Shown in pieces: positions 9,872-20,684 of a stretch of DNA of 64,000 bases. Every line of letters starts with the position of its first letter. The stretch's first letter is position 1. Source of the DNA: Syntrophales bacterium (lineage in GTDB: Bacteria > Desulfobacterota > Syntrophia > Syntrophales > UBA2210); contig CAXXNF010000002.1 of assembly GCA_963666365.2 (NCBI GenBank), positions 1,760,001-1,824,000 on the forward strand, read 5' to 3'. Made by a program: the position numbers and the translations under genes. The notes below the pieces were generated by a model. It saw nothing but the letters and a program-made list of their open reading frames with translations. It did no database searches and was not told where the DNA came from.

Positions 9872-10429
9872 ATGAAAAAGGATACTGTAATTCTGTTTAG
9901 CGGCGGCATAAAAGGGGCTGAGGCCGAATTCGGGGAACAGGCGGAGCGATTCGGCATCGAAGAAGTCAATTTCACCTTTGAGGGGCACACGGTCATACGC
10001 CCCAGAGGGCGGCGCATTCTCAGCGAAGAAGAACTGAGGCGCGGCGATGTGAGCCTCACCTATGTGTCGAAATTGATGAACCGTCGTTATACGGAAAGTC
10101 CGGCATTCAGACGCATTCTTCAGAGCATATGGCATCAGATAGACAGTGGACGGCAGATTTTCGTGATCGGAGAGATTCTTGAGGACAAAACCGTCCGCGG
10201 GGGAACGGGATGGGGCGCCGAGTTGGCAAAACTGTTCAACAAAACCCTCTACGTGTTCGACCAGAAGCAGGATGTCTGGTTTGTGTGGAACCAGTCGGAC
10301 TGGATTGACTGTGAAGAGGGAAATCGACCCTTAGTGACAGCCGATCGGTTTACCGGGATGGGGACGCGATTTCTGCAGTCTAACGGGAAAAAAGCCGTGG
10401 CGGAACTGTTCGAACGATCATTTGCCTGA
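9872..10429 (+). CDS. Conserved hypothetical protein, SLOG-like fold possible
   Basis: AAGGAG RBS; SGGIKGAE and GGTGWG motifs. Confidence 0.7.
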   Translation: MKKDTVILFSGGIKGAEAEFGEQAERFGIEEVNFTFEGHTVIRPRGRRILSEEELRRGDVSLTYVSKLMNRRYTESPAFRRILQSIWHQIDSGRQIFVIGEILEDKTVRGGTGWGAELAKLFNKTLYVFDQKQDVWFVWNQSDWIDCEEGNRPLVTADRFTGMGTRFLQSNGKKAVAELFERSFA

Positions 10430-10512
10430 TCAAGAAAAACAGAGTAGATCCGACTGCGGGTCTAGGGAGTATTGAGGAACGCGTTGATTCCCACCCCTGC
10501 AAGATTTTTATT

Positions 10513-10539
10513 TAAGTTTCCGGCTGAACTTACCGATAA
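10513..10539 (+). promoter_or_regulatory. Putative sigma28 (FliA) promoter
   Basis: TAAG-15 nt-ACCGATAA versus consensus TAAA-N15-GCCGATAA. Confidence 0.5.
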
Positions 10540-10636
10540 CATAAAAAAAATAAATATGCCGATGCGCTGGGGCACAGTGGCGGTCTTGCGGCGGCCATTG
10601 AAGAGTGCAACTGTTTTCAAAGGGGGTACAGGCGCG

Positions 10637-11845
10637 GTGAATCAGAGCATTATCGCAGAAGGGATAGGAGTTACAGAGAAACCGAAGAAAAGAACGGCTG
10701 AAGTCTCCGCACTCGTTGCCGACTATCAACGAATCAAGGAAGAGTTGCATACCCTAAGAAAGGAACACGAACAAAACAGACAGGCTCTGGAACGGGAAAT
10801 TGAACGATCCAGTGCAATGGCCGTGGAGGCTCAAATTATCAACATAGAATTGAACCAGATTATCAATACGTCTCCCGATGGAATATTGCTGATCGATGAA
10901 GATTTTACGATACGAAGAATCAACAGAACCCTGCTTGATTTTTTGCACACAACGGAGGAAGAGGCGATAGGAGTGAAGTGTTTCGATCTTCTCCCCAGTT
11001 CCTGGTGCCGCACTGAGAAATGCCCCATAACAAAAATTGTAAACGGCGAGGATCAAGTTGTCGAATGTGATGTGGTTAAGAGGAAGGGCGACGGAACGGA
11101 AATTCCCTTTATCTATACCGCTACCCCCTTTCGAGGGATTGATGGAGAACTGATGGGCATCATGGCAAACCTCAAGGACATCACGGAACGAAAACATGCC
11201 GAAGTAACTCTTCGAAAAGCAAATGAAACCTTGGCCCGTCTTGCCACCATCGATGGATTGACACAGGTGGCAAACCGTCGCTTCTTCGATCAGACTATAT
11301 CTCGTGAATGGAATCGCCTCAAGAGGACGGATCAGCCGCTTTCCCTGATTTTGAGCGACGTGGATTTTTTCAAGCACTACAATGATACCTATGGTCATCA
11401 GGCAGGGGATGATTGTCTCCGTGCAGTTGCAGGGGCCCTCGACGCCCATGTGCGCCGCGGCGGCGATTTTGTGGCACGGTACGGGGGGGAGGAATTCGCC
11501 GTTGTTTTGCCGGGGACATATCCCGAAGGCGCCCTGTGTGTCGCCGAGTTTCTTCGTGCGGCCATCGAAGGACTGGCAATGGAACATAAAAATTCATCGG
11601 TAAGTTCGGTGGTAACCATCAGTCTTGGTGTTGCAACCGCCTTTCCTTCACATGAGCTTACAGAAGAGGTCCTCATCGAAAGTGCAGACAAGGCGTTATA
11701 TGAGGCAAAGGCCTCGGGACGCAATTGTGCGGCCTTCAGGCACATTAATCCTTCCTGCGTCCTACCCGCGTTAAATCATAGCAGCAAGTCTCTCAACGGC
11801 CGCCCCGACGGGCTGCAGGGAAAGCCGCATTCTATTCCCGGGTAG
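10637..11845 (+). CDS. PAS-domain diguanylate cyclase
   Basis: PAS ending DITERK, DGLT, RGGD I-site, RYGGEEF; GTG start inferred from AGGGGG RBS. Confidence 0.92.
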   Translation: MNQSIIAEGIGVTEKPKKRTAEVSALVADYQRIKEELHTLRKEHEQNRQALEREIERSSAMAVEAQIINIELNQIINTSPDGILLIDEDFTIRRINRTLLDFLHTTEEEAIGVKCFDLLPSSWCRTEKCPITKIVNGEDQVVECDVVKRKGDGTEIPFIYTATPFRGIDGELMGIMANLKDITERKHAEVTLRKANETLARLATIDGLTQVANRRFFDQTISREWNRLKRTDQPLSLILSDVDFFKHYNDTYGHQAGDDCLRAVAGALDAHVRRGGDFVARYGGEEFAVVLPGTYPEGALCVAEFLRAAIEGLAMEHKNSSVSSVVTISLGVATAFPSHELTEEVLIESADKALYEAKASGRNCAAFRHINPSCVLPALNHSSKSLNGRPDGLQGKPHSIPG

Positions 11846-12004
11846 CGAGAGTCCTCCGGCGCACCAGACAGTATGAGAGGCACTTCCAGAAGTGACCTCT
11901 CCGGGAACCCACCCCACTCATTCAATTTATTTTATAGACGATATGCAAGATAGTGGTATCAGTTCCCTGCTTTTGCTACAATAGGCAAACGATAAGGAGG
12001 GCAT

Positions 12005-13516
12005 ATGAGTGGATTCGCCGAATATGATGTATATGACGCGTTGGGTCTGGCCGAACTTGTTCGAAAGGGAGAGGTAAGTGCAACCGAACTCTGTGAGGAA
12101 GCAATTGAAAGAATCGAACGAATCAATCCGGCATTGAATGCAGTGGTCACAAAGATGTATGAAGAAGGACGAAATTCGGCACGAGAAGCCCCGCCGAAGG
12201 GGCCCTTTGCAGGAGTTCCCTTTCTTCTTAAAGATCTGATGTTCGCCTATGCGGGGGTTCGCATGTCCGACGGGTCAAAGGCTCGGCACAGATATATCCC
12301 TGACCATGACAGTGAAATGGTGGTACGTTTCAAAAGGGCGGGTCTTGTCATCCTCGGAAAGACAAATACCCCTGAATTCGGTCTGATGGGAATCACCGAA
12401 CCGGAGCTCTTCGGTCCCTGCCGCAACCCATGGAACACCGGGCATACACCGGGGGGTTCAAGCGGCGGTTCTGCCGCTGCCGTGGCCGGAGGCATGGTAC
12501 CGATGGCCGCCGGTGGAGATGGAGGGGGATCTATCAGGATTCCTTCCGCCTATTGCGGGCTGTTCGGTTTAAAGCCTTCGCGGGGACGCAATCCCTCAGG
12601 TCCTGATCACGGCAGGGTGTGGCAAGGGGCGGTTCAAGAGCATGTGATAAGCCGATCGGTTCGTGACAGTGCGGCAATGCTCGATGCCACACAGGGGGCC
12701 GATTGCGGCGCCCCCTATGAAATCAGGCCCCCAGAAAGGCCTTATACTGAAGAAGTGGAAAGAGATCCTGAACATCTGACTATTGCCTTTACCACCAGGT
12801 CGCCTCTCGGTACGCCCGTCCATGTCGACTGTGTGCGGGCCGTGGAGGATACGGCCCTGCTCCTTGAAGATCTTGGGCACGGGGTCGAAGAAGCCGCACC
12901 CAATATCGATGGCGCCGCCCTGGCCCGCAGTTATCTTGCCATGTACTTTGGCGAGGTGGCTGCCGATATCGATGAATTGGAAACAGTCCTGGGCAGGAGG
13001 GCTCGCCCTTCCGATGTGGAACCCCTCACCTGGACACTTGGCCTGCTGGGAAGGGCATGCGGTGAAGATTACCTGGTCAAAGGCCTGCGCGTCTGGGATC
13101 ATGCCGCCCGAGCCATGGGATTATTTTTTAGAAATTACGATTTGTATCTCACTCCCACCACGGCCTATCCGCCGGCGCGTATAGGAGAGCTGCAGCCCAA
13201 GCCGGTGGAAGCACTGCTTATAAAGTGCATAAATACGCTGCGTCTGGGACGGCTTTTGAAAGCATCCGGCATGGTGGATCAAATGGCTGAAAAAAGTCTT
13301 GAGCGGACGCCCTTTACCCAGTTGGCAAATCTCACGGGGCTTCCGGCTATGTCGGTTCCTCTCTACTGGACCGCCGAGGGCCTTCCTCTCGGGGTCCAGT
13401 TTATCGCCGCCTTTGGAGGCGAAGATCGTCTCTTCCGTCTGGCGGGACAATTAGAGCGGTCACGCCCCTGGTTCGACAAAAGGCCATCACCACAGGGCCG
13501 GCAGCAGGAGGGATAA
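12005..13516 (+). CDS. Amidase signature family protein
   Basis: GVPFLLKD, GGSSGGSAAAVA, DGGGSIRIP. Confidence 0.95.
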   Translation: MSGFAEYDVYDALGLAELVRKGEVSATELCEEAIERIERINPALNAVVTKMYEEGRNSAREAPPKGPFAGVPFLLKDLMFAYAGVRMSDGSKARHRYIPDHDSEMVVRFKRAGLVILGKTNTPEFGLMGITEPELFGPCRNPWNTGHTPGGSSGGSAAAVAGGMVPMAAGGDGGGSIRIPSAYCGLFGLKPSRGRNPSGPDHGRVWQGAVQEHVISRSVRDSAAMLDATQGADCGAPYEIRPPERPYTEEVERDPEHLTIAFTTRSPLGTPVHVDCVRAVEDTALLLEDLGHGVEEAAPNIDGAALARSYLAMYFGEVAADIDELETVLGRRARPSDVEPLTWTLGLLGRACGEDYLVKGLRVWDHAARAMGLFFRNYDLYLTPTTAYPPARIGELQPKPVEALLIKCINTLRLGRLLKASGMVDQMAEKSLERTPFTQLANLTGLPAMSVPLYWTAEGLPLGVQFIAAFGGEDRLFRLAGQLERSRPWFDKRPSPQGRQQEG

Positions 13517-14565
13517 TGAATATCGTGAATGAGTTGGGCGCTACCAGAGCTATGAGATTTTTTGTAATGGCCGCGGCCTTTGTGATTATAATCGCCGGGC
13601 TGCGATCCGCCCAGGCAATCGTAATCCCTTTCCTGCTCTCACTCTTTATCGCCATCATCTGCAGTCCATCGCTCTTCTGGTTGCGCGGAAAAAAAATCCC
13701 CCCGGGTATATCGCTCATCATTGTGATTGTCGGCGTGCTTGCGGCGGGCCTTCTCGTCATTGCAATCATCGGAAGTTCCATTAATGATTTTTCCCAGTCC
13801 CTTCCGGTCTATCAGGAACGACTGGAAGAGAAAACTGCGGATCTGTTCACGTTTCTGGGGCGATTCGGCGTCAATCTGGAGTACCACAGGCTCTTGGAAT
13901 ATGTGGATCCGGGGGCTGCCATGCGGCTGGCATCGAAGATGCTGACGGGCCTGGGAAACGTCCTGAGTAACGCTGTACTGATTGTGCTGACTGTGATTTT
14001 TATGCTCCTTGAAGTGACCGCATTTCCTGTAAAGCTGCATGCGGCCTTCGGTTCATCCACGATTTCCATGAGCGCCTTCATGACTGACATCAATCGCTAT
14101 ATGGTGATTAAAAGCTGGGCGAGTCTTGCGACAGGACTGCTGGTGGCGCTCTGCATGGCCCTTTTGGGAGTGGATTATGCGATTCTCTGGGGCATCCTTG
14201 CCTTTCTGTTTAATTATGTTCCCAATATCGGGTCCATTATCGCGGCAGTGCCGGCCGTACTGCTTGCCCTGATTCAACATGGGGGGATGATCGCCCTTCT
14301 GGCGGCGGCAGCCTTTGTGGTGATTAATCTCTTGATCGGCACCTTCATCGAACCCCGTTTCATGGGGCGTGGGCTCGGTCTCTCCACTCTTGTGGTATTC
14401 CTTTCTCTGGTTTTCTGGGGGTGGATTCTGGGACCGGTGGGAATGCTGCTTTCCGTACCTCTTACCATGGCGGCGAAAATTGCCCTGTCGCATTCCGAAG
14501 ACACGCAATGGTTAAGTATTCTTCTGGGAAATGCCCTGCCGGAGGAGGCTGCTGAAAAGGAGTAA
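13516..14565 (+). CDS. AI-2E family transporter
   Basis: Multi-TM; NYVPNIG, IEPRFMG, GPVGMLLSVP. Confidence 0.92.
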   Translation: MNIVNELGATRAMRFFVMAAAFVIIIAGLRSAQAIVIPFLLSLFIAIICSPSLFWLRGKKIPPGISLIIVIVGVLAAGLLVIAIIGSSINDFSQSLPVYQERLEEKTADLFTFLGRFGVNLEYHRLLEYVDPGAAMRLASKMLTGLGNVLSNAVLIVLTVIFMLLEVTAFPVKLHAAFGSSTISMSAFMTDINRYMVIKSWASLATGLLVALCMALLGVDYAILWGILAFLFNYVPNIGSIIAAVPAVLLALIQHGGMIALLAAAAFVVINLLIGTFIEPRFMGRGLGLSTLVVFLSLVFWGWILGPVGMLLSVPLTMAAKIALSHSEDTQWLSILLGNALPEEAAEKE

Positions 14566-14601
14566 TTTCCTTTTTGAGTTCGGATTTTTATAGGAGATGC
14601 C

Positions 14602-15375
14602 ATGAGCTTCAATGTGCCGGTCAAAAAAAACGAGAAACTGAAAACACTTATCAATCATATCAATGGTGATGCGGAACTGCTCCAGCTGTGGAAATGCGCC
14701 AACATCAATGCCGTGGACAGGAGCGGCATCAGCGATCACGGAGAAATCCACATCCGTATCGTGGCAAATGCCGCGCTCAGAATAATGCGCCTCCTCGTAC
14801 AGGGAGGGGTGACCCCGAGCGTAGTGACGAATTACGGAATGGATGTGGAAGATGGGGAGGTCGTTGTCGTCCTGGCCGCCTGCCTGCATGACATCGGAAT
14901 TTCCGTTCATCGACATGATCATGAACGGTACAGCCTTTTTCTCGCCTACCCGAAAGCCCGACAGCTGCTGGCCGGTATTTATGAAGAACCTGCCTTGACG
15001 ACGATTACATCGGAGGTGCTCCATGCCATTGTCTCGCATAATGCGCAGGAAACCTGCCTGACCATCGAATCCGGGGTACTCAAGGTGGCCGATGCACTGG
15101 ATATGTCCGAAGGAAGATCGCGGATCCCTTTCGAATCGGGCAATGTCAATATCCATTCCCTTTCGGCCAAGGCCGTGGCATCGGTAGATATCGAAAAAGG
15201 GGACACACGTCCCGTTAAATTAGTAATCAGTCTTGAAAATTCGGCGGGCATATTCCAGGTGGACGAACTGCTCCACCGCAAGCTGAAGAATTCTTCAATC
15301 AAAGATTACATGGAAATCCTCGCGAAAATCGAAGGGGAAACGGAGAGGAAACTGATAGAGATCTATAAAATTTAG
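14602..15375 (+). CDS. HD-domain phosphohydrolase
   Basis: DHGEIH, LHDIG, ADALD. Confidence 0.85.
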   Translation: MSFNVPVKKNEKLKTLINHINGDAELLQLWKCANINAVDRSGISDHGEIHIRIVANAALRIMRLLVQGGVTPSVVTNYGMDVEDGEVVVVLAACLHDIGISVHRHDHERYSLFLAYPKARQLLAGIYEEPALTTITSEVLHAIVSHNAQETCLTIESGVLKVADALDMSEGRSRIPFESGNVNIHSLSAKAVASVDIEKGDTRPVKLVISLENSAGIFQVDELLHRKLKNSSIKDYMEILAKIEGETERKLIEIYKI

Positions 15376-15977
15376 CGCTTTTTCATGAGTTTTCGGATGT
15401 TTGACCGGTGGGTGAAGATAATCAGGATGGAGGCGGCGAACCCGAAGTAGTAGAGCGGATCGGCCATAGGCCAATCAAATCCGTATCTGAGGGTGGAAAG
15501 AACGAGGGGAAAGGCAAGTGCCGCTGCAATAGAGCTGAGGGCGACGATGCGCCACAGGGCGAGCACGACGAGGAACAGGGCCAGGCAGATCAGGAGCGGA
15601 ACAGGATAGAGGACAACAAGCACGCCGGCGGCGGTTCCCACACCTTTGCCGCCACGGAACCCGGCGAATACCGTCCAGATGTGACCGATAATGGCGCTTA
15701 TGCCGGCCATGAGCCGGATCGTGTCGGAATCAATGGAACATACACCGAAGGCAAGCGGGGCGACCCAGAACGTGGCAACGATTCCTTTCACTACATCTGC
15801 GGCAGTGACCAGGACTCCCGGTTTCCATCCCAGAACCCGGAAGGTATTGGTACCGCCGGCATTGCCGCTCCCATAGTCCCTGATGTCGATGCCCCGGAGC
15901 AGCTTCCCGGCGATGATGCTGGAGGGAATAGATCCCAGCAGGTAGGAAAGCAGCATAACGATAAACAGCATACTCAC
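15372..15977 (-). CDS. plsY: Glycerol-3-phosphate acyltransferase
   Basis: YLLGSIP, GSGNAGGTN, FRGGKGV, HRSNI. Confidence 0.95.
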   Translation of the reverse strand: MSMLFIVMLLSYLLGSIPSSIIAGKLLRGIDIRDYGSGNAGGTNTFRVLGWKPGVLVTAADVVKGIVATFWVAPLAFGVCSIDSDTIRLMAGISAIIGHIWTVFAGFRGGKGVGTAAGVLVVLYPVPLLICLALFLVVLALWRIVALSSIAAALAFPLVLSTLRYGFDWPMADPLYYFGFAASILIIFTHRSNIRKLMKKR

Positions 15978-16329
15978 TGTATACTCCCCTCCCCGGTCAG
16001 TGCATGCCTCACTGGGCGATTGCCCTGCTGCCGATGCCTGAATGAAGGCCGACAGCGAGCGACTCAATGGTGATTATATCATCGTCCCTATGAAAAGGAG
16101 TCGCTAAAATCGACTCTTTCTTTTCCCTTTGCAACGGTAGGCACTTCGTCACGCGCGCCTACTATACACAGTGCACCCTTAAATGCAACCGTAAATACAA
16201 TCGGATGTCCGGCGCCGAAGCAGAGCAGGTTCAGAGAGCCTCCGCAGGCATGCCGGGGCACTTTTCCATTGACTCGCCGGATATATTTACATACAAAGGC
16301 AGCACACAGGCGTGCGTGAGCCTGCAGGA

Positions 16330-16465
16330 AGACCTTTGCATAACCTCATAAAATAATCAATTTCGTCATACCGGTAAAGGCCGGTATCCAGTTTTTTTCA
16401 CGCACTTTCTGGATTCCGGGTCAAGACCGGAATAATAGACAAGGGAATTATGCAAACCAGGTCTC
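16330..16465. mobile_element. MITE-like element with terminal inverted repeats around a REP-like double hairpin
   Basis: AGACCTTTGCATAA (16330) / TTATGCAAAccAGGTCTC (16448-16465); inner GTCATACCGGTAAAGGCCGGTATCCAG..CTGGATTCCGGGTCAAGACCGGAAT. Confidence 0.6.
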
Positions 16466-16526
16466 ACAGGGTAAAACGCGCATGCCAATCCATCCGTGGA
16501 TACTATAGTGGAAGGAAGAAAAGAAG

Positions 16527-17333
16527 ATGGGCTGGTGGGGCACATTGATCGGAGGGACGGTTGGATTTTTCTTCGGAGGTCCTCTTGGCGCACTGCTGGG
16601 CGCGGCGGTAGGGCACGGACTGGGGAAGACAACTTCAATCAGCACGAACGGTTATTTCGGATTCGAGGAACAGGAGCGGGTTCAGACTGCCTTTTTTACG
16701 ACTACCTTTTCCGTGATGGGCCATCTTGCAACGGTTGACGGAAAGGTGTCTGAGCAAGAAGTAGCAGCGGTACGGCGCATAATGGCTCATATGCGGCTCA
16801 GACCGGCGCAGCAGCAGGCTGCGGTCAACCTCTTTAACCAGGGAAAGCGTGCCGACTTCCCCCTTGACGAGGTACTGGAACAATTCAGAAAGGAGTGCCA
16901 TGGGCGGCGCGACATTGTTCGGATGTTTCTGGAGATTCTTGTAACGACTGCCATGGCCGACGGCGAGCTTACCGCATCGGAATATCGCATGCTTTCTCAC
17001 GTGTGCGACAGGGTGCGATTCCCCCGTGCTGACTTCGAACATATGGTCAGTGTAATGCAGACCGGACACTATGGCGGGGATACCGGGGAATTCACCGATG
17101 CGCCGCCCCGTGAAAAAGGGCGTCTCAAGGATGCCTACGGGATATTAGGACTTTCCGAAGGAGCACGGGATGAAGAGGTGAAGAAGGCCTATCGCAATCT
17201 TCTGAATCAATATCATCCGGACAAGCTGGTTTCGAAGGGCCTTCCGGAAGAGATGATGAAATTCGCCACGGAAAAAACCCAGCAGATCAAAGCGGCCTAC
17301 GATCTCATCCGTGAATCCCGGCAGGTGCACTGA
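16527..17333 (+). CDS. djlA: Co-chaperone DjlA
   Basis: N-terminal TM (GGPLGALLG), TerB-like domain, C-terminal J domain with HPDK. Confidence 0.92.
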   Translation: MGWWGTLIGGTVGFFFGGPLGALLGAAVGHGLGKTTSISTNGYFGFEEQERVQTAFFTTTFSVMGHLATVDGKVSEQEVAAVRRIMAHMRLRPAQQQAAVNLFNQGKRADFPLDEVLEQFRKECHGRRDIVRMFLEILVTTAMADGELTASEYRMLSHVCDRVRFPRADFEHMVSVMQTGHYGGDTGEFTDAPPREKGRLKDAYGILGLSEGARDEEVKKAYRNLLNQYHPDKLVSKGLPEEMMKFATEKTQQIKAAYDLIRESRQVH

Positions 17334-17378
17334 TCGGGATTACGGAGGCGATCCTTCCGCAGGAAACGCAGGCCGGCG

Positions 17379-18080
17379 CTAGAGGCTGTCTTTTATGAGC
17401 ATCGTCGCGGGGTCAAGACTCAGTTTGGTGTCTGATCCTTTTATCCGCGGTCCCTTCAATGCAATGATATGCACCTCCGCCCCCTGAGGCTTCAGTTCCA
17501 GTGCCACATCGAAAAGATCGAGCGCGGATACAAGCCGAACAGGAATGCCAGCGGACGTGGTGTCTTCTTCTCTGTGGGTGTGCACCGTGAACCACATCTG
17601 AAGGCGATATTTCACGGCCAGGGTTTTTAATTCCTGCAGCTGAGCGATTCCGGCCTCGTCGAAGACGAGACCGTCAATCATGATCGTGGAAGGATGAAAG
17701 ACATCCTGTTCCATCAAATCGGTGAGACGCTCTTCGAGCTTGGGCACACTGAACTTCGTCACCCTGAAGGTCATGATAAACCGGTAGGGCAGGATTGCTT
17801 CCCAGAGCTCCTGCCGTTCCGCCACGTTGCACTCTCCGGCGAGATTCTGAAATTGCTCGCGGTACCACAGGGTGACTTTTTCAATTGAATCGTTGAGGCT
17901 GATGTGGAGGACCTCTGTGCCGCGCAGCATACTGTTCAGTGCAAGCTGCACCACCAGGGCTGTTTTCCCCACGCCTGCCCGTGAAAGTACGCCCCCGAAC
18001 TCACCTTCCGCGATGATGTTGCCGGCCGGATTTTCCACAGAGCGGAGAGGATTTCTTGAAATCAAATCTTGTTTAAGCAT
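17379..18080 (-). CDS. RecA/KaiC-like ATPase domain protein
   Basis: RAGVGKT Walker A, IMIDG Walker B. Confidence 0.75.
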   Translation of the reverse strand: MLKQDLISRNPLRSVENPAGNIIAEGEFGGVLSRAGVGKTALVVQLALNSMLRGTEVLHISLNDSIEKVTLWYREQFQNLAGECNVAERQELWEAILPYRFIMTFRVTKFSVPKLEERLTDLMEQDVFHPSTIMIDGLVFDEAGIAQLQELKTLAVKYRLQMWFTVHTHREEDTTSAGIPVRLVSALDLFDVALELKPQGAEVHIIALKGPRIKGSDTKLSLDPATMLIKDSL

Positions 18081-18173
18081 AAAAAGATTCCTGTTCTTGA
18101 GTTTGAAGACCTTGGCCTTCGTTGCTATTCTCGGCGCCGCCTGCATATGTCAATCGCCTGCATGTCTCTGTCG

Positions 18174-20261
18174 CTACGCCGCGGACCGCTTCTTTTTGGC
18201 CGCCTCCGCAATCAGATCATCGGCGATTGACTGGGGAACCTGGCGGTACTGGAGAAACTCCATGGTGAACTGCGCCTGTCCCTGCGTGGACGATCTGAGC
18301 ACTGTCGAGAATCCGAACATTTCCGCGAGGGGAACCTGTGCCTCGATTACGCACATGACCCCTTCATCCTGGGCGCCGACAATAATCCCTCGCCGCTGAT
18401 TCAAAAGTCCCATCACCGCGCCTTGAAAAGCGGTCGGAGTTTCCACGACGACCTTCATTATCGGTTCGTGAATTACCGGTTTCGCTTTCAGATAGGCCTC
18501 TTTGAAGGCGCCCCGCGCCGCCGCCTGAAAGGCCATATCGGAGGAATCGACGCTGTGGAACTGACCGTCATTGATGGTAATCTTCACGCCCGTAACGGGA
18601 AACTCCATTTTTGGTCCCTTCTTCAGGCACTCTCTGAATCCCTTCTCGCAGGCGGGGATATACTGTGTGGGGATTACACCGCCTTTGATATCGTTGACGA
18701 ATTCAAAGTCGTTTTCAATCAGAGGTTCCAAAAATCCTGCCACACGACCGTACTGACCCGAACCACCGGTCTGTTTTTTATGGGTATAATTAAAATCCGC
18801 CCGCTGCGTAATCGTTTCGCGGTAGGCCACTCTGGGTTTTCCTGTAGCGACCTCGGCACTGTATTCACGTCTCATCCGCTCCACGTACACTTCCAGATGC
18901 AATTCGCCCATCCCCTCAATGATGGTTTCATTTGTCTCTTCGTCCATGTGGGTCTTGAACGTGGGATCTTCTTTCGTGAAACGGTTCAGTGCCTTGGACA
19001 TATTGATCTGAGCCTTGTTGTCCTTGGGGACGATGGCCAGCGATATGACCGGTTCCGGGATGTACATGGAAGTCATGGTGACATTGAGACCCGGCGACAT
19101 AAAGGTGTCCCCCGACGCGCAGTCGATGCCAAAAAGGGCGCCGATGTACCCCGCAGGGATTTCATCGATGTCTTCCATTTGGTCGGCATGCATGCGGACG
19201 ACCCTTCCTATCTTCAGTTTCTTGCCCGATCGTGCGTTGATTACCGTGGAACCCCGTGCAACCGTGCCCTGATAGACACGGATATAGGTAAGCTGACCAT
19301 AGGCGCCGTCCTCCAGTTTGAAGGCCAGTGCCACGGTAGGTTTCGACGGGTCGCTTTCAAGAAAAACCGGCGTTTCGTCATGGGCCATGTCAAGTGCCGT
19401 GTTTTGGACCTGGGCAGGATGGGGCAGGAGTTCCGCTATGCCGTCGAGAAGCGGCTGCACCCCCTTGTTTTTGTAAGCAGATCCGAGAAATACGGGGGTA
19501 ATGCCCCTTTTCAGTGTGCCTTCCCTGAGGGCTTCAAGAAGAAGCGCTTCTGTCACTTCCCCCTCTTCAAGAATAACTTCCGTCAGCCTGTCTGAAAACA
19601 TCGACGCTGCGTCGATGAGTTCTTCCCGCCTGGCCTGCGCCTGCGCAAGAAGCGCGCCGGGAATCTCTTCGATACGGACATTTTCTCCGTTTTCACCATC
19701 AAAGAAGAATACCTTCATGGAAACAAGATCGACGACACCTGAAAAATTATTTTCCAGACCCACAGGGATCTGCATGGCAACGGCGTTATGGCCGAGTTTG
19801 GTGCGGAGCTGAGAAATTACACGGTTCGGATCGGCGCCGCTCCTGTCGCATTTATTAATAAAAGCAAGACAGGGCACTTTGTAACGCTTCATCTGTTGAT
19901 CCACGGTTATCGACTGCGACTGAACGCCTCCCACGGAACAGAGCACCAGCACGGCACTGTCAAGCACACGGAGCGATCGTTCAACCTCTACCGTGAAATC
20001 GACGTGCCCGGGAGTATCTATGATGTTGACCTCATGGCCTTTCCATTCGCAAAAGGTCGCCGCCGAGGCGATAGTAATCCCCCGTTCCTTCTCAAGTTCC
20101 ATTGAATCCATGGTAGCGCCCACGCCGTCTTTCCCCTTGACGTCATGAATTGCGTGTATCCGCTTTGTATAGAAGAGTATCCGCTCCGTAAGCGTGGTTT
20201 TGCCCGAATCGATGTGTGCGCTGATTCCTATATTTCGTACTTTTGTAATATCCTTTTTCAT
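18174..20261 (-). CDS. fusA: Elongation factor G, outside the str operon
   Basis: [31 protein letters not shown]. Confidence 0.97.
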   Translation of the reverse strand: MKKDITKVRNIGISAHIDSGKTTLTERILFYTKRIHAIHDVKGKDGVGATMDSMELEKERGITIASAATFCEWKGHEVNIIDTPGHVDFTVEVERSLRVLDSAVLVLCSVGGVQSQSITVDQQMKRYKVPCLAFINKCDRSGADPNRVISQLRTKLGHNAVAMQIPVGLENNFSGVVDLVSMKVFFFDGENGENVRIEEIPGALLAQAQARREELIDAASMFSDRLTEVILEEGEVTEALLLEALREGTLKRGITPVFLGSAYKNKGVQPLLDGIAELLPHPAQVQNTALDMAHDETPVFLESDPSKPTVALAFKLEDGAYGQLTYIRVYQGTVARGSTVINARSGKKLKIGRVVRMHADQMEDIDEIPAGYIGALFGIDCASGDTFMSPGLNVTMTSMYIPEPVISLAIVPKDNKAQINMSKALNRFTKEDPTFKTHMDEETNETIIEGMGELHLEVYVERMRREYSAEVATGKPRVAYRETITQRADFNYTHKKQTGGSGQYGRVAGFLEPLIENDFEFVNDIKGGVIPTQYIPACEKGFRECLKKGPKMEFPVTGVKITINDGQFHSVDSSDMAFQAAARGAFKEAYLKAKPVIHEPIMKVVVETPTAFQGAVMGLLNQRRGIIVGAQDEGVMCVIEAQVPLAEMFGFSTVLRSSTQGQAQFTMEFLQYRQVPQSIADDLIAEAAKKKRSAA

Positions 20262-20511
20262 CGTTCCTTCCCTTGTGTCTTTGAATCACCCAAAGCCGAC
20301 TTACCAATGCACCATCACGCCTGTGATACACTCCTTCAGACAAATAACGCAGACGCCTTCAAAGACGTACAAAAAATCCTTCGAAGAGGGTTTCCCGCAA
20401 TTTCCCTTCGCGTGCCTGTCTATCGTCTCCGCCAACTCTTGCAGCGCTGGTATTGTGTGGAGATGCAGTCGGGTGGGGGGACTCACCCTGAGATGTTAAA
20501 AAGAACCTGGG

Positions 20512-20540
20512 CTTATACCCTGGATGCTTCTTATTGTCAA
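20512..20540 (-). promoter_or_regulatory. sigma70 promoter of fusA
   Basis: TTGACA-17 nt-TATAAG. Confidence 0.7.
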
Positions 20541-20684
20541 GGTAAAATTTTAAAGTATTCATCAGCGGGATTAATAACAGTGACCCGTAGCGCGACAGTG
20601 TAGAAGACCGGTCAATATTCCCGTATGCTTCTGTAAAAGTTTCCCTCCACATGAGGATCTGCTCATGCCGAGAGCAGATGGATC

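Noticed and set aside
18423..19595. Long antisense ORFs (also 22191-23108, 38527-39453, 45596-46711, 50480-51433, 58145-59047)
   Set aside because: Shadows of well-supported genes on the opposite strand; no recognisable motifs
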